Shown here: positions 54,429-63,994 of the stretch, one piece after another
Numbering within the stretch: position 1 is the stretch's first letter
Layout: each line of letters starts with the position of its first letter
Assembly (NCBI GenBank): GCA_947246685.1
Contig: CAMXSN010000001.1
Span: 139,361 to 203,360, forward strand
Reading direction: 5' to 3'
DNA: 64,000 nt
From: an uncultured Clostridia bacterium
GTDB taxonomy: Bacteria; Bacillota; Clostridia; Christensenellales; UBA3700
Made by a program: the position numbers and the translations under genes
The notes under the pieces: generated by a model
What the model was told of the DNA's origin: nothing
Seen by the model: the letters and a program-made list of their open reading frames with translations, nothing else
The model's database searches: none

Positions 54429-54458
54429 TTGACTTTAACAGCGAAAATAGTCTATAAT
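54429..54458 (+). promoter_or_regulatory. sigma-A promoter for rny
   Basis: TTGACT (54429-54434), 18-nt spacer, TATAAT (54453-54458). Confidence 0.5.
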
Positions 54459-54515
54459 TAAATTGCATAAATTTATTATGTCGCAACTTAACAATTTAAT
54501 ATTCAGGAGGTAAAA

Positions 54516-56138
54516 ATGGAATTCAATATGAATTGCTTGAATTTACTCCTTGGGGTAGCAGGTGCGAATGCGGGTGTAGTGGTAGCCATTGCGCTTGCCG
54601 TCGCTGTAGTAGCAATAGCGGGCGGTATCGGATTGGGTATCTTGATATACAAATCGTATGCAAAAAAGACAGTCGGCGGAGTTAAGGAAGAATGCGAGCG
54701 CATGAAGAAAGAGGCGCGCGAAGAGTCCAAGACGTATCTCAAGGAAGCTAAGATTGAAGCAAAAGAAGAACAACACAGACTTCGCAAGGAGTTTGAAAGA
54801 AAATCGGAAGAGCAAAGGGCGGAAATTGCCAGAAACGAGCAGAGAGTCGCGCAAAGAGAGGATCAGCTTGTCAAAAGAGAGCTGGCGATAGACAGGAAGT
54901 CCGATGCTATCGACGAGAAGAAAAAACAATTAGAAAACAAAGAGAAAGAACTTGATAATATCGAGCTCGAATTGCAGAATGCTCATGCTAATATGCTCGC
55001 GGAATTGGAAAAAGTCGCGCAGCTGACGCAGGACGAAGCTAAAGACATACTGATAAACGAGATGCTTGAAGAAGCTCAAAAAGACGCTCTCGTCAAAGTA
55101 AAAGAAATCGAACAAAAAGCCAAAGACGAGGCAGACAAGAAAGCTAAGAACATAATCGGACTTGCAATACAAAGATGCGCGGCTGATCACGCTTCGGAAA
55201 TTGCGGTGTCGGTCGTGCCGTTGCCTAACGAAGATATGAAAGGCAGGTTGATAGGAAGAGTCGGCAGAAATATAAGAGCGATAGAAAATTCCACGGGTGT
55301 GGATTTGATAATCGACGATACTCCGGACGTGGTTACGGTGTCGGGATTCGATCCCGTAAGGCGAGAGATTGCAAAACTAACTATCGAAAGACTCGTGTCG
55401 GACGGAAGAATACATCCGGCAAAGATCGAGGAAACGGTCGAAAAAGTAAAGCGAGAAATCGAACAGCAGATGAAAGAAGCGGGCGAGAATGCCGCTTTCG
55501 ATGCGAACGTATACGGAATTCATCCGGAAATAATCAAGCTTTTGGGTAGATTAAAATACCGCACGAGCTACGGTCAGAACGTACTGAATCACTCGCTAGA
55601 AGTCAGTTATATAGCGGGAATGATGGCTGCCGAACTCGGCGCAGATGTCAAAGTTGCCAAGAGAGCGGGATTGCTCCACGATATCGGTAAGGCGGTCGAC
55701 CACGAAGTGGAAGGCACGCACGTAAGCATAGGCGTGGAAATAGCCAAGAAATTCAAAGAGCAGAGAAACGTTATCCATGCGATCGAAGCACACCACGGAG
55801 ACGTGGAGCCGACTACCTTGGAGGCGATAATCGTTCAGGCCGCAGACGCCGTATCGGGCGCAAGACCCGGCGCAAGAAGAGAGTCTCTTGAAAATTACGT
55901 CAAGAGATTGGAAAAACTCGAAGGCGTGGCTAATTCTTTCGACGGAGTCGAACAGTCGTATGCGATTCAGGCGGGAAGAGAAATCCGCGTAATCGTCAAA
56001 CCGGAAGTTGTCAACGACGAGGCAACTACGTTTATGGCGAAAGATATTGCAAAGAAGATCGAGGCGGAACTCGAATATCCTGGGCAGATTAAGGTCAACG
56101 TCATAAGAGAAGTAAGAAAAGTCGAATATGCAAAATAA
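54516..56138 (+). CDS. rny: ribonuclease Y
   Basis: N-terminal TM helix, Lys/Glu coiled coil, KH domain ([15 protein letters not shown]), HD domain (LLHDIGK). AGGAGG upstream. Confidence 0.95.
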   Translation: MEFNMNCLNLLLGVAGANAGVVVAIALAVAVVAIAGGIGLGILIYKSYAKKTVGGVKEECERMKKEAREESKTYLKEAKIEAKEEQHRLRKEFERKSEEQRAEIARNEQRVAQREDQLVKRELAIDRKSDAIDEKKKQLENKEKELDNIELELQNAHANMLAELEKVAQLTQDEAKDILINEMLEEAQKDALVKVKEIEQKAKDEADKKAKNIIGLAIQRCAADHASEIAVSVVPLPNEDMKGRLIGRVGRNIRAIENSTGVDLIIDDTPDVVTVSGFDPVRREIAKLTIERLVSDGRIHPAKIEETVEKVKREIEQQMKEAGENAAFDANVYGIHPEIIKLLGRLKYRTSYGQNVLNHSLEVSYIAGMMAAELGADVKVAKRAGLLHDIGKAVDHEVEGTHVSIGVEIAKKFKEQRNVIHAIEAHHGDVEPTTLEAIIVQAADAVSGARPGARRESLENYVKRLEKLEGVANSFDGVEQSYAIQAGREIRVIVKPEVVNDEATTFMAKDIAKKIEAELEYPGQIKVNVIREVRKVEYAK

Positions 56139-56145
56139 TTGTTTT

Positions 56146-56175
56146 AAGGAGCGCATACAGCGCTCCTTTTTTCTT
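56146..56175 (+). terminator. intrinsic terminator after rny
   Basis: AAGGAGCGC-ataca-GCGCTCCTT, then TTTTCTTT. Confidence 0.75.
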
Positions 56176-56185
56176 TATACTTGCA

Positions 56186-56797
56186 TCAGAAAAGAATATG
56201 TCTGATTATCAAAGGCAATACGAGCGTAAACACAAGTATGCATATTGAAGTCGCTATGACGACGCATACGGTGAAGATGCACATCTTTTTGAGAGTAACG
56301 GGACATCTGTCATTGCAGTAGAGATAGTATTTGTTGATGTGACAGAGTATCGTCACGATTGATATTACAAATATAGTAAATATAGGGAAGTAGAACAGCG
56401 TCGCATTTAGCGTATTTACTATATTGTTTGAACACCAACTGCCGACTATATTTACAGCCAGTCTGTAAGCTATGAACGTCACAAAAAAATACATCACCGC
56501 AAAAGCATATTTCTTTCTGTACGTGAACATTGCGCATACGCTCAATCCAAGATTGATAAGCAAATATTTAAGAGAGACTTTGACAAAGGAGTATTCTCCG
56601 CTCATTAGCATTTGATAATAGTTGTCGTGCGACAGCGTGCTTTCATAGTTGAGCACGATAAACAGCGAAACGGCGAATATCGACAGATAAAGAAAATAGA
56701 AAGTGATCAGAAAAAGCTTGTGGTCGCGACAATAGTTTTTTACAAACGGTTTGAAATCGCAGGGTGAAAGTTTGATTCCGTTAAATTTTTTTGCCAT
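56186..56797 (-). CDS. hypothetical polytopic membrane protein (~5 TM; topology reminiscent of SpoIIM, not established)
   Basis: 203 aa, Cys/Tyr/Phe-rich, about five hydrophobic segments. It lies 90 nt downstream of the Spo0A_C-like gene on the same strand. Confidence 0.5.
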   Translation of the reverse strand: MAKKFNGIKLSPCDFKPFVKNYCRDHKLFLITFYFLYLSIFAVSLFIVLNYESTLSHDNYYQMLMSGEYSFVKVSLKYLLINLGLSVCAMFTYRKKYAFAVMYFFVTFIAYRLAVNIVGSWCSNNIVNTLNATLFYFPIFTIFVISIVTILCHINKYYLYCNDRCPVTLKKMCIFTVCVVIATSICILVFTLVLPLIIRHILF

Positions 56798-56887
56798 AAT
56801 ATCTGCCTTTTTAAGCGTTATATTAAATAATATTTGCTAAAATGACAAATTATGACAAGACGGAATAGCGCGTTGTAAAAATTAGGC

Positions 56888-57214
56888 TCAGGCGATTTTT
56901 TCGCAGATATGCATGATGAGCTGTTTGGCTGTAGGCTTGCCTTTGTCTATATCTATAGTGTTGCCGAATTCTCTGTAAAGCAAGTCGACGTCTCCTTCTA
57001 GCCAAGCTTTGGAAATGCAATTCTGTATATTTTTGTCGATACTGCATATGGATTTTGAATATTTTTTGCTGAGCATTTCGTAACCGAAAAGTTTCAGCGG
57101 CAATATTTTGATACCCGCTACGTGCATTTTTGCAAGATCGAAAATATATTTGTATCCGCAGCAATTAGGTCTCAGACCTATTGATAGCATATAAGAATAG
57201 ATTTGTTTTTCCAT
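56888..57214 (-). CDS. stand-alone Spo0A C-terminal (DNA-binding effector) domain protein
   Basis: Collinear with B. subtilis Spo0A residues ~150-260: IG-x-P-x-x-x-x-GY-x-Y, SKKYSKS vs AKKFNTT, NIQNCISKAWLEGDVDLLYREFG vs [23 protein letters not shown], and KGKPTAKQLIMHICEKI vs KAKPTNSEFIAMVADKL. No receiver domain is present. Alternative TTG start at 57238. Neither start has a clear SD. Confidence 0.72.
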   Translation of the reverse strand: MEKQIYSYMLSIGLRPNCCGYKYIFDLAKMHVAGIKILPLKLFGYEMLSKKYSKSICSIDKNIQNCISKAWLEGDVDLLYREFGNTIDIDKGKPTAKQLIMHICEKIA

Positions 57215-57349
57215 ATCAATATAATAATATAAAGACAATAAACTAATATGTCTTTAATTGTATTATTGAAGAAATTATTGCAAATCCTGCCGAATATTAA
57301 TCTTGTATTGATACACAATAGGTACGAAAAAAATAAAACGGGGTGTATC

Positions 57350-58525
57350 ATGAAAAAGAACTTATTTTTATTGATATTAATTGCGGCAATATCGGCGCTG
57401 GTCGTTTTCCCTATGGGAATGCGCGCTCAAAGCACTAACGCTACTGTTGCGACTGCCGAAGAGCCGCCGCTAAAAGCTAACGGTTTCGGCGAGTATCTTA
57501 CCGAATATTATACGGGAGAAGTGCTGTACCAACACAATGCCGAAGCTAAACACGAGATTGCAAGTATGGTCAAAATCATGACCGCGAATCTGATATTCGA
57601 GGCTGTGGAAGAAGGAAAAATTTCCTATGACGATATGGTTACGGTATCGCCTCAAGCAAGCGCAATGGGCGGCAGCCAGATGTTTCTTGACAGCGGTTCG
57701 CAGTATTCCGTAAGCGATCTTATCAAAGGCATTATCGTTGTGTCCGCAAACGACGCTTCTTACGCTATGGCGGAACACATCTGCGGCAGCGCAGACGCAT
57801 TCGTCGGTTTGATGAATGACAGAGCGTCTCAGTTGGGCATGAGCAACACTAAGTTTGTCAACTGTACGGGGCTTCCCAATGAAAACGAGCAGTATAGCAC
57901 TGCAAAAGATGTCAACGTTATGACAAGACAGCTCATGAGCCATGAAAAATACTTTGAATATGCAAGTATATGGATGGAAGATTATAAGCATCCGTCCGGC
58001 AGAGTTACTCAGCTTGTCAACACAAATAAATTGCTCAGACAATACAACGGCTGCAAAGGCGGCAAGACAGGTTATACCGATAAAGCGGGACACTGTTTGT
58101 CTGCTTGCGCCGAACGTAACGGAATGAAAGTCGTGGCGACTATAGTGGGCGGCACCGACAGTAAATCCAGATTTAGTCAGGTAAGAGCAATGTTTGACTA
58201 TTCGTTTGCAAATTACGTCAACAAAATATATTACAAGAGCGGCGACGTAATAGGTAAAATAGACGTCAACAAATCGCCGGTCAAGCAGATAGAAGTCGCT
58301 GTTGCGGATAATATCACAAAATTTTCTAAAGTCGGAACCGGCGTCGGAGAGATTGAAATCGTTCTGCCAAAATCCGTTAAGGCGCCCGTTAAGAAGGGTG
58401 ACAAGGTAGGAAAAGCTGTATGTAAAATCGGCGGAGAGGAATTTACGGTAGAACTTATTGCGATGCAAGACGCAAGAAAGAGTACGTTTTTGGATATCAT
58501 AAAGGGGATAACTCGTTCGTGGTAA
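57350..58525 (+). CDS. serine-type D-Ala-D-Ala carboxypeptidase (PBP5/DacF-DacA-like)
   Basis: Signal peptide MKKNLFLLILIAAISALVVF, SxxK (SMVK), SxN (SAND), KTG (KTGYT), and a PBP5_C-like tail. I prefer ATG 57350 to the ORF-track start at 57248. Confidence 0.82.
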   Translation: MKKNLFLLILIAAISALVVFPMGMRAQSTNATVATAEEPPLKANGFGEYLTEYYTGEVLYQHNAEAKHEIASMVKIMTANLIFEAVEEGKISYDDMVTVSPQASAMGGSQMFLDSGSQYSVSDLIKGIIVVSANDASYAMAEHICGSADAFVGLMNDRASQLGMSNTKFVNCTGLPNENEQYSTAKDVNVMTRQLMSHEKYFEYASIWMEDYKHPSGRVTQLVNTNKLLRQYNGCKGGKTGYTDKAGHCLSACAERNGMKVVATIVGGTDSKSRFSQVRAMFDYSFANYVNKIYYKSGDVIGKIDVNKSPVKQIEVAVADNITKFSKVGTGVGEIEIVLPKSVKAPVKKGDKVGKAVCKIGGEEFTVELIAMQDARKSTFLDIIKGITRSW

Positions 58526-58539
58526 TCAAATAGCTGAAT

Positions 58540-58570
58540 AAGGCGCGGAAACGCGCCTTTATCTTTTATG
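58540..58570 (+). terminator. intrinsic terminator after the first DD-carboxypeptidase gene
   Basis: AAGGCGCG-gaaa-CGCGCCTT, then TATCTTTT. Confidence 0.65.
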
Positions 58571-58681
58571 TAAAATCCGTATAATGCTTTGTTAAATAAA
58601 GGGTTAAAAAGACGGTTTATCATTGACTTAAAGGTCAATATTTATTATAATATATATGTAAAAAGATAGTTTAGGAGCAGT

Positions 58682-59419
58682 ATGGTTTCTTTTATATATA
58701 ATCTTGTTAATCAGGGGTTGGACTTTAAGGTAGTCGTGTTGGGTATATTGGCGTACGTTATAGCCATGCTTTTTGCTATAATCGGACACGAACTTGCTCA
58801 TGGTTACGTCGCATATTGGAACGGGGATTTGACGGCGAAATTTATGGGAAGACTTTCGCTTAATCCCGCTAAGCATTTCGATTGGATGGGTTTGGGACTT
58901 ATGTTGCTCGTAGGCTTCGGTTGGGCAAAACCTGTGCCGATAGATCCCAGAAATTTCAAGAAATATAAAAAAGGTATGGTGCTTACGTCTTTGGCGGGAG
59001 TAACGTATAACTTTATCGTTGCCTTTTTGAGCGCATTATTATTGGCTATCTATACTAAGGTTACGGGAAATCTTGTGTTTACGGAACCGAATGCGCTGTA
59101 TTATTTTCTTATATTTATAAATCTGCTGTTGCAGCTTTCCATAACTTTTAATCTCGTGCTTATGGCGTTTAACTTGCTGCCTATATATCCGCTTGACGGA
59201 TTCAGAGTTATCGAGACTTTGGCAAAGCCCAACAACCGTTACGTCAATTTTATGTACAAGTACGGCTCGTACGTTATGCTCGGAATATTGCTTGTCAGCT
59301 TGTTTATAGGAAGATTTGTGCCTTGGCTCGATATTCTGTCCATGTATTTGAGATTAGTGCAGAACAGCCTTATTTGGATATTCGATAAGATATTCGGATT
59401 GGCTTTGCGTTGGATTTAG
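58682..59419 (+). CDS. M50-family site-2 protease
   Basis: HExxH (HELAHGYVA) in a TM helix plus the second metal-ligand motif NLLPIYPLDG. Polytopic membrane protein. Confidence 0.8.
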   Translation: MVSFIYNLVNQGLDFKVVVLGILAYVIAMLFAIIGHELAHGYVAYWNGDLTAKFMGRLSLNPAKHFDWMGLGLMLLVGFGWAKPVPIDPRNFKKYKKGMVLTSLAGVTYNFIVAFLSALLLAIYTKVTGNLVFTEPNALYYFLIFINLLLQLSITFNLVLMAFNLLPIYPLDGFRVIETLAKPNNRYVNFMYKYGSYVMLGILLVSLFIGRFVPWLDILSMYLRLVQNSLIWIFDKIFGLALRWI

Positions 59420-59428
59420 GTGTGAAAT

Positions 59429-60235
59429 ATGGCAAATTTCTTTGAAAAGCACGCTACGGAAAACGTAATTTTAAATATCAACGATTTCGACGGACCTATC
59501 GAATTGCTCTACGAGCTAATAATGATAGAGAAAAAGTATGATATCAAGACTTTTCCGCTGTCGGAAATCACCGGACAGTATATGGCGCATATGGAGCAAA
59601 TCGGCGGCTTGGATATGGAAGAGGCTAGCGAATACATAAAAATCGCCGCGCAGTTGCTTGAAATCAAGGCTAGAGCATGTCTGCCTAGGATAGAAGAAGA
59701 CGAAGAATACGAGGAAGACGGAGACGATCCGGAAGAAGAACTCAGAAGAAAGATTTTGATGTTTCAGCTGTGCAGAGAGCAGTCGCTTAAACTCAAAGAT
59801 ATGGAGACTCTCAACAAATTTTATAGGAAGCCTAAATTCACCAATGCCGACGCTCTTATCGTAGTCAATGACTTTTCGTTTGACAAACTTATCGAGGCGT
59901 ACGGCAAGATTTTGCTGAGGGTAATAGAAAAGGAGCAAAAACAAGTAACTAAGAAGATTCAAAAAGATAGATTTACCGTAGCGGATAAGATCGAATACAT
60001 ATCAAAATTCATAATTGAAAAAAAGACGGTGGTATTCAATAAGCTCTTTGAAGAGGATATAACCAAAAGCGAAGTCATTACTACGTTTCAAGCGCTGTTG
60101 GAACTTATGAAGAAGCAAATAGTCGTTGCCGTACAAAGAGATTTTGCCGACGATATAATAATTTCGCTCAATGACAGCGTAGACGGAGAGACGGTAAATA
60201 TACAGGAATTGAAGGTCACGGAGGAAGCTTATTGA
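59429..60235 (+). CDS. scpA: segregation and condensation protein A
   Basis: FDGPIELLYELIMIEKKYDIKTFPLSEITGQYMAHM, acidic linker, C-terminal winged helix. Followed by scpB. Confidence 0.87.
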   Translation: MANFFEKHATENVILNINDFDGPIELLYELIMIEKKYDIKTFPLSEITGQYMAHMEQIGGLDMEEASEYIKIAAQLLEIKARACLPRIEEDEEYEEDGDDPEEELRRKILMFQLCREQSLKLKDMETLNKFYRKPKFTNADALIVVNDFSFDKLIEAYGKILLRVIEKEQKQVTKKIQKDRFTVADKIEYISKFIIEKKTVVFNKLFEEDITKSEVITTFQALLELMKKQIVVAVQRDFADDIIISLNDSVDGETVNIQELKVTEEAY

Positions 60236-60236
60236 T

Positions 60237-60998
60237 ATGGATAATTTATTGCAGACGGTCGAGGCAATAATTTTTGCCGCGGGAGTACCCGTAAAGAGAA
60301 GTGAAATTTTGAATAATCTTCCGGAGGACGTCAGTAGAAAGCAGCTCAATCAAGTTATCGACGAGCTTGCAGAAAAGTATAGCGGAGATTGCGGCATAGT
60401 GTTGGAAATTTTCAACGATAAATTGCAATTTGCATCAAACAGCAAATACGGCGAAATCGTCAGCGATATGCTTAGGCCCGTAAGAGAAAAAGAATTGTCC
60501 AAAATATTATTAGAAGTACTCTCGTTGATTGCGTATAGACAGCCTATTACTAGGGGCGAAATCGAGGATTCTCGAGGAGCAAGCGCCGATTACGCTTTGA
60601 GCGTTTTGCTTAAAATTAATATGATTAAGACTTGCGGATATAAAGACGCTCCCGGCAAACCGCTTCTTTACGGTACTACGGATGAATTTCTTAAAAAGTT
60701 TGAAATCAGAAGTCTTGACGAACTTCCAGATTATGAGGAGATCATGCGCAGGCTTGTCGAATACAGCAACTATAACGTTCAAAGCGAAGGATTGTACAGA
60801 GAACGTGTCATCGGAGATAAATTCGAGGATGAGAAGGAACTCGATGAAATGATGGATATGAATGAGATTCCCGAATTCTTGCAAGGAGAAGAATTGCAGT
60901 CTATCGAAGGAAAAGGCGAAGAATATGAGGAAAAAGAAGTCGCGAGCGCAGTTGTCGAGAAAGAAGACGACGAGGACGGCGGCGATATCGTAATCTGA
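60237..60998 (+). CDS. scpB: segregation and condensation protein B
   Basis: VEAIIFAAGVPV and LEVLSLIAYRQPITRGEIEDSRG, with an acidic C-terminal tail. Confidence 0.9.
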   Translation: MDNLLQTVEAIIFAAGVPVKRSEILNNLPEDVSRKQLNQVIDELAEKYSGDCGIVLEIFNDKLQFASNSKYGEIVSDMLRPVREKELSKILLEVLSLIAYRQPITRGEIEDSRGASADYALSVLLKINMIKTCGYKDAPGKPLLYGTTDEFLKKFEIRSLDELPDYEEIMRRLVEYSNYNVQSEGLYRERVIGDKFEDEKELDEMMDMNEIPEFLQGEELQSIEGKGEEYEEKEVASAVVEKEDDEDGGDIVI

Positions 60999-61045
60999 GT
61001 ATTATATAATATATTATTTCAAGCAAAAATGCACAACATAGGAAT

Positions 61046-61651
61046 ATGTGGTGCATTTATTTATTATTTGGAATAGCTATGATAGTCTATGCGGCAACGA
61101 TAGTGCTGTATTACGGCGTAAGGTATACGCTGAGAGCTGATTACAACAATTTGAGTTTGTGCGGAAAAGTATTTATTTTCAATTGGATAGAAGTATTGTG
61201 TATAAAAATTTTTGTTTGCGAAGGAAAATTCTATTTTCAATTCAATAGAGGAGATATTAAAGTCATAGACGGTCAAGACGATGGTAAAAAGCCCAAAAAG
61301 TCTAAAAAAAAGAAACATAAAATTAAGATACTGCCATTGTTGTACTATATTGCCGAGAAGTTTCCGAAAATTTACGTGCCGATGACCGCAATAGAGTATG
61401 GAGCGAGTTTTGAAGATATAAAAAACAGAGCGCTGTTTGACGGCGCTGTCGGAATAATAGGAAACGTATTGAAATCGCTAGCCTGCAACAAATTGACGAT
61501 AGACAATTATTCTATTAAAAACACTTGCGAAGAATCTGCTTTTAGGGGAGCCGAAATCGAAGGATTGATTAAATTTTCTTTGATAAAAATATTTTTATTT
61601 ATCTTACACATAATAGCCGTGAAAAGAAAATTTCAAACGGCAAAAAGTTAA
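61046..61651 (+). CDS. DUF2953/YtfI-like sporulation membrane protein
   Basis: N-terminal TM helix, Lys-rich linker (KKPKKSKKKKHK), C-terminal TM helix. Its position immediately upstream of a YtfJ/GerW gene matches the Bacillus ytfI-ytfJ pair. Sequence-level recognition is modest. Confidence 0.45.
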   Translation: MWCIYLLFGIAMIVYAATIVLYYGVRYTLRADYNNLSLCGKVFIFNWIEVLCIKIFVCEGKFYFQFNRGDIKVIDGQDDGKKPKKSKKKKHKIKILPLLYYIAEKFPKIYVPMTAIEYGASFEDIKNRALFDGAVGIIGNVLKSLACNKLTIDNYSIKNTCEESAFRGAEIEGLIKFSLIKIFLFILHIIAVKRKFQTAKS

Positions 61652-61669
61652 ATTTCTAAGGAGAAAAAT

Positions 61670-62041
61670 ATGGACAATTCGTTACAGGAAATAATGAACA
61701 ATACGCTTGATAACTTGCGTGGAATGGTGCAGAGCGAAGATATGGTATTCAAGCCCATATATCTTGACGATAATACTATGGCAATACCTCTTACCAAAGT
61801 GTCAATAGGTTTCGTAAGCGGCGGAGGCGGCGGAGAGAACAAAAATCTCATCGATACCAAGAGCGATAAATTGCAGCCTTATGCAGGCGGAGGCGGGGGA
61901 GGTATCTCGTTATCTCCGATGGGATTTCTCGTGTTTTACGACAACGAGCCAATGCTTGTAAAAGTGGACGAAAAAAGCAGCGACGACAAGTGGAAGGATC
62001 TAATATCGGCGACAATAAATCTTGTAAAGGATAAAAAATAA
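61670..62041 (+). CDS. ytfJ: GerW/YtfJ-family sporulation protein
   Basis: PLTKVSIGFVSGGGGG...YAGGGGGGISLSPMGFLV is the characteristic double Gly-run core of Spore_YtfJ. Confidence 0.78.
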   Translation: MDNSLQEIMNNTLDNLRGMVQSEDMVFKPIYLDDNTMAIPLTKVSIGFVSGGGGGENKNLIDTKSDKLQPYAGGGGGGISLSPMGFLVFYDNEPMLVKVDEKSSDDKWKDLISATINLVKDKK

Positions 62042-63342
62042 TGGGCAAATATTTCTCAATTAAATCATTTTGTAAACTTATATACTTCTCAATAGCCACA
62101 ATAATAGTATTATTTATAGCAGTGCAGTTATATAATGGAATCAACTCCGTATCTTTGGATTTTTCTTCCGTCGGCGCTCAAGATTTCAATCTAAATAATA
62201 ACGACATTGATAGGATGTTTTCTTATGATAGCGATTGCGCCGTCAACAAATCTACGTCAATGGTGGTAATGGAGGCGTCTACAAAGAGAGTGCTCAAAGA
62301 GCTCAACAGAGACGTAAGGTTGGAGATGGCGAGCACGACTAAGGTCATGACGGCAATAGTTGCGATGGAAAATCTTCCCCTCGATTGGGAGATTGCAATA
62401 GCAGACGAGGCGATCGGAGTGGAAGGTTCGTCGATATATCTCAAGAAAGGAGAAATATGGACGGTACGGGATTTATTATATGGTCTGATGCTGCGAAGCG
62501 GCAACGACGCGGCGGTTGCTTTGGCGGTTGCGGCGGGCGGTAGCGTAGAACATTTTGTCTCTTTGATGAACGGCAAAGCCGAAGAATTGGGACTTGAAAA
62601 TACGCATTTCCAAAATCCTCACGGATTGCACGGCGACGCGCATTATACTTCGGCGTATGATTTGGCTGTAATATCGTCTTATGCAATGAACAATTCTCAG
62701 TTTAAGGAGATTGTCGGTACAAAATCGTATTCCGTAGCGGCAAACGATACTCATGAGGCGCGTTATTTTGCCAATAAAAATAAAATGCTTGCGCTCTACG
62801 ACGGCGGCAACGGTATTAAGACGGGATATACGAAAGATTCGGGGAGATGTCTGGTCAGTTCTGCCCAACGCGACGGTATGCAACTGATTTGCGTCGTATT
62901 AAACTGTTACGATACGTACGGAGTATGTTCTAAAAATCTTGACGATTCTTTCCGTGATTTTAAGCCTGTTTCGGTAGGAAAGAGCGGCGACGTATTGGAA
63001 AATTTCGATATTGACGGTCAAAAATATCAGATAGCGCTTCAAAACGATTTGGTATTGCCACTAAAAGAAGGGGAACATTTGGGAATCAGCTGTCATTTTG
63101 TAATCAGCGACAGGCTTTCCGCGCCGTTGAAAAGCAACAGCGTTGTGGGAAAAGTAGAGTTTTATGACGGCAATCGTTTGCTTTTTGACGCAAATATTGT
63201 TAATATAGAAGAGATTAACGATATTGGAGTCATACGCAAGATTTCCGACTATGTCGGGGAATTGCATATAAGCTATACGAATGGAGAGATTAAACAAATA
63301 TTTAGCTTCGACAGGAGTGGCGTCGAGACGCGGCGCGGATAA
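62041..63342 (+). CDS. serine-type D-Ala-D-Ala carboxypeptidase (DacB-like)
   Basis: N-terminal TM anchor, SxxK (STTK), SxN (SGND), KTG (KTGYT). Its position after scpB/ytfJ matches Bacillus dacB. The ORF runs 62 nt into rluB. Confidence 0.8.
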   Translation: MGKYFSIKSFCKLIYFSIATIIVLFIAVQLYNGINSVSLDFSSVGAQDFNLNNNDIDRMFSYDSDCAVNKSTSMVVMEASTKRVLKELNRDVRLEMASTTKVMTAIVAMENLPLDWEIAIADEAIGVEGSSIYLKKGEIWTVRDLLYGLMLRSGNDAAVALAVAAGGSVEHFVSLMNGKAEELGLENTHFQNPHGLHGDAHYTSAYDLAVISSYAMNNSQFKEIVGTKSYSVAANDTHEARYFANKNKMLALYDGGNGIKTGYTKDSGRCLVSSAQRDGMQLICVVLNCYDTYGVCSKNLDDSFRDFKPVSVGKSGDVLENFDIDGQKYQIALQNDLVLPLKEGEHLGISCHFVISDRLSAPLKSNSVVGKVEFYDGNRLLFDANIVNIEEINDIGVIRKISDYVGELHISYTNGEIKQIFSFDRSGVETRRG

Positions 63343-63994
63343 ACTGATTGCTGACGGAAGGGTCAAAGTTAACGGCAAAACCGTCACAGAGCTAGGAAAA
63401 TCGATTAACACGAGAAACGATAGCGTGGCTGTTGACGATAAAATAGTCAAGCCTGCCGCAGATTTTTCCTACGTGATGTTTTACAAGCCTAAGGGATGTA
63501 TTACCACGCTGAGCGACGAGAAAGGCAGAAAAACCGTCTACGATTATCTCGAAGATCTCAAAATTCCTCATTTGATTCCCGTCGGAAGATTGGATTACGA
63601 TACCGAAGGACTGTTGATTCTTACCAACGACGGAGATTTGGCTTATAAACTTACTCATCCCAGCTATGAGGTGCCCAAGACCTATTCGGTCAAAGTCGAA
63701 GGTGAGATGCCGGAGCATAAGCTCGCTCAGTTGAGAAAAGGCGTGTTAGTCGACGGGGAAAAGACCAAGCGCAGTAAAGTCAAGCTGATCGAATACAAAG
63801 ACGGTGTATCAAAACTCGAAGTTACCATAACCGAAGGCAAGAACAGACAGATTAGAAAGATGTTCGAGGTTGTTGAAAGGGAAGTATTCTTTCTTAAAAG
63901 AATTGCAGTCGGAGAGCTGCGGCTCGGCGGTCTGGCGCGCGGCGGATACAGATATCTCAACGACGACGAAATATATTATCTTAAAAACATTTGA
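63281..63994 (+). CDS. rluB: RsuA/RluB-family pseudouridine synthase
   Basis: S4 domain MERLNKYLASTGVASRRGADKLIADGRVKVNG, catalytic PVGRLDYDTEGLLILTNDG, GKNRQIRKMF. Confidence 0.9.
   Translation: MERLNKYLASTGVASRRGADKLIADGRVKVNGKTVTELGKSINTRNDSVAVDDKIVKPAADFSYVMFYKPKGCITTLSDEKGRKTVYDYLEDLKIPHLIPVGRLDYDTEGLLILTNDGDLAYKLTHPSYEVPKTYSVKVEGEMPEHKLAQLRKGVLVDGEKTKRSKVKLIEYKDGVSKLEVTITEGKNRQIRKMFEVVEREVFFLKRIAVGELRLGGLARGGYRYLNDDEIYYLKNI

Noticed and set aside
57293-57320. A sigma-E-like promoter (AATATT ... ATACACAATA) upstream of the first DD-carboxypeptidase gene.
   Set aside because: The spacer between the putative -35 and -10 elements is about 11 nt, against the expected ~14. The evidence is too weak to call.
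57470-58468. 332-aa minus-strand ORF opposite the first DD-carboxypeptidase gene.
   Set aside because: It is a codon-complementary shadow of a gene with intact SxxK/SxN/KTG motifs.
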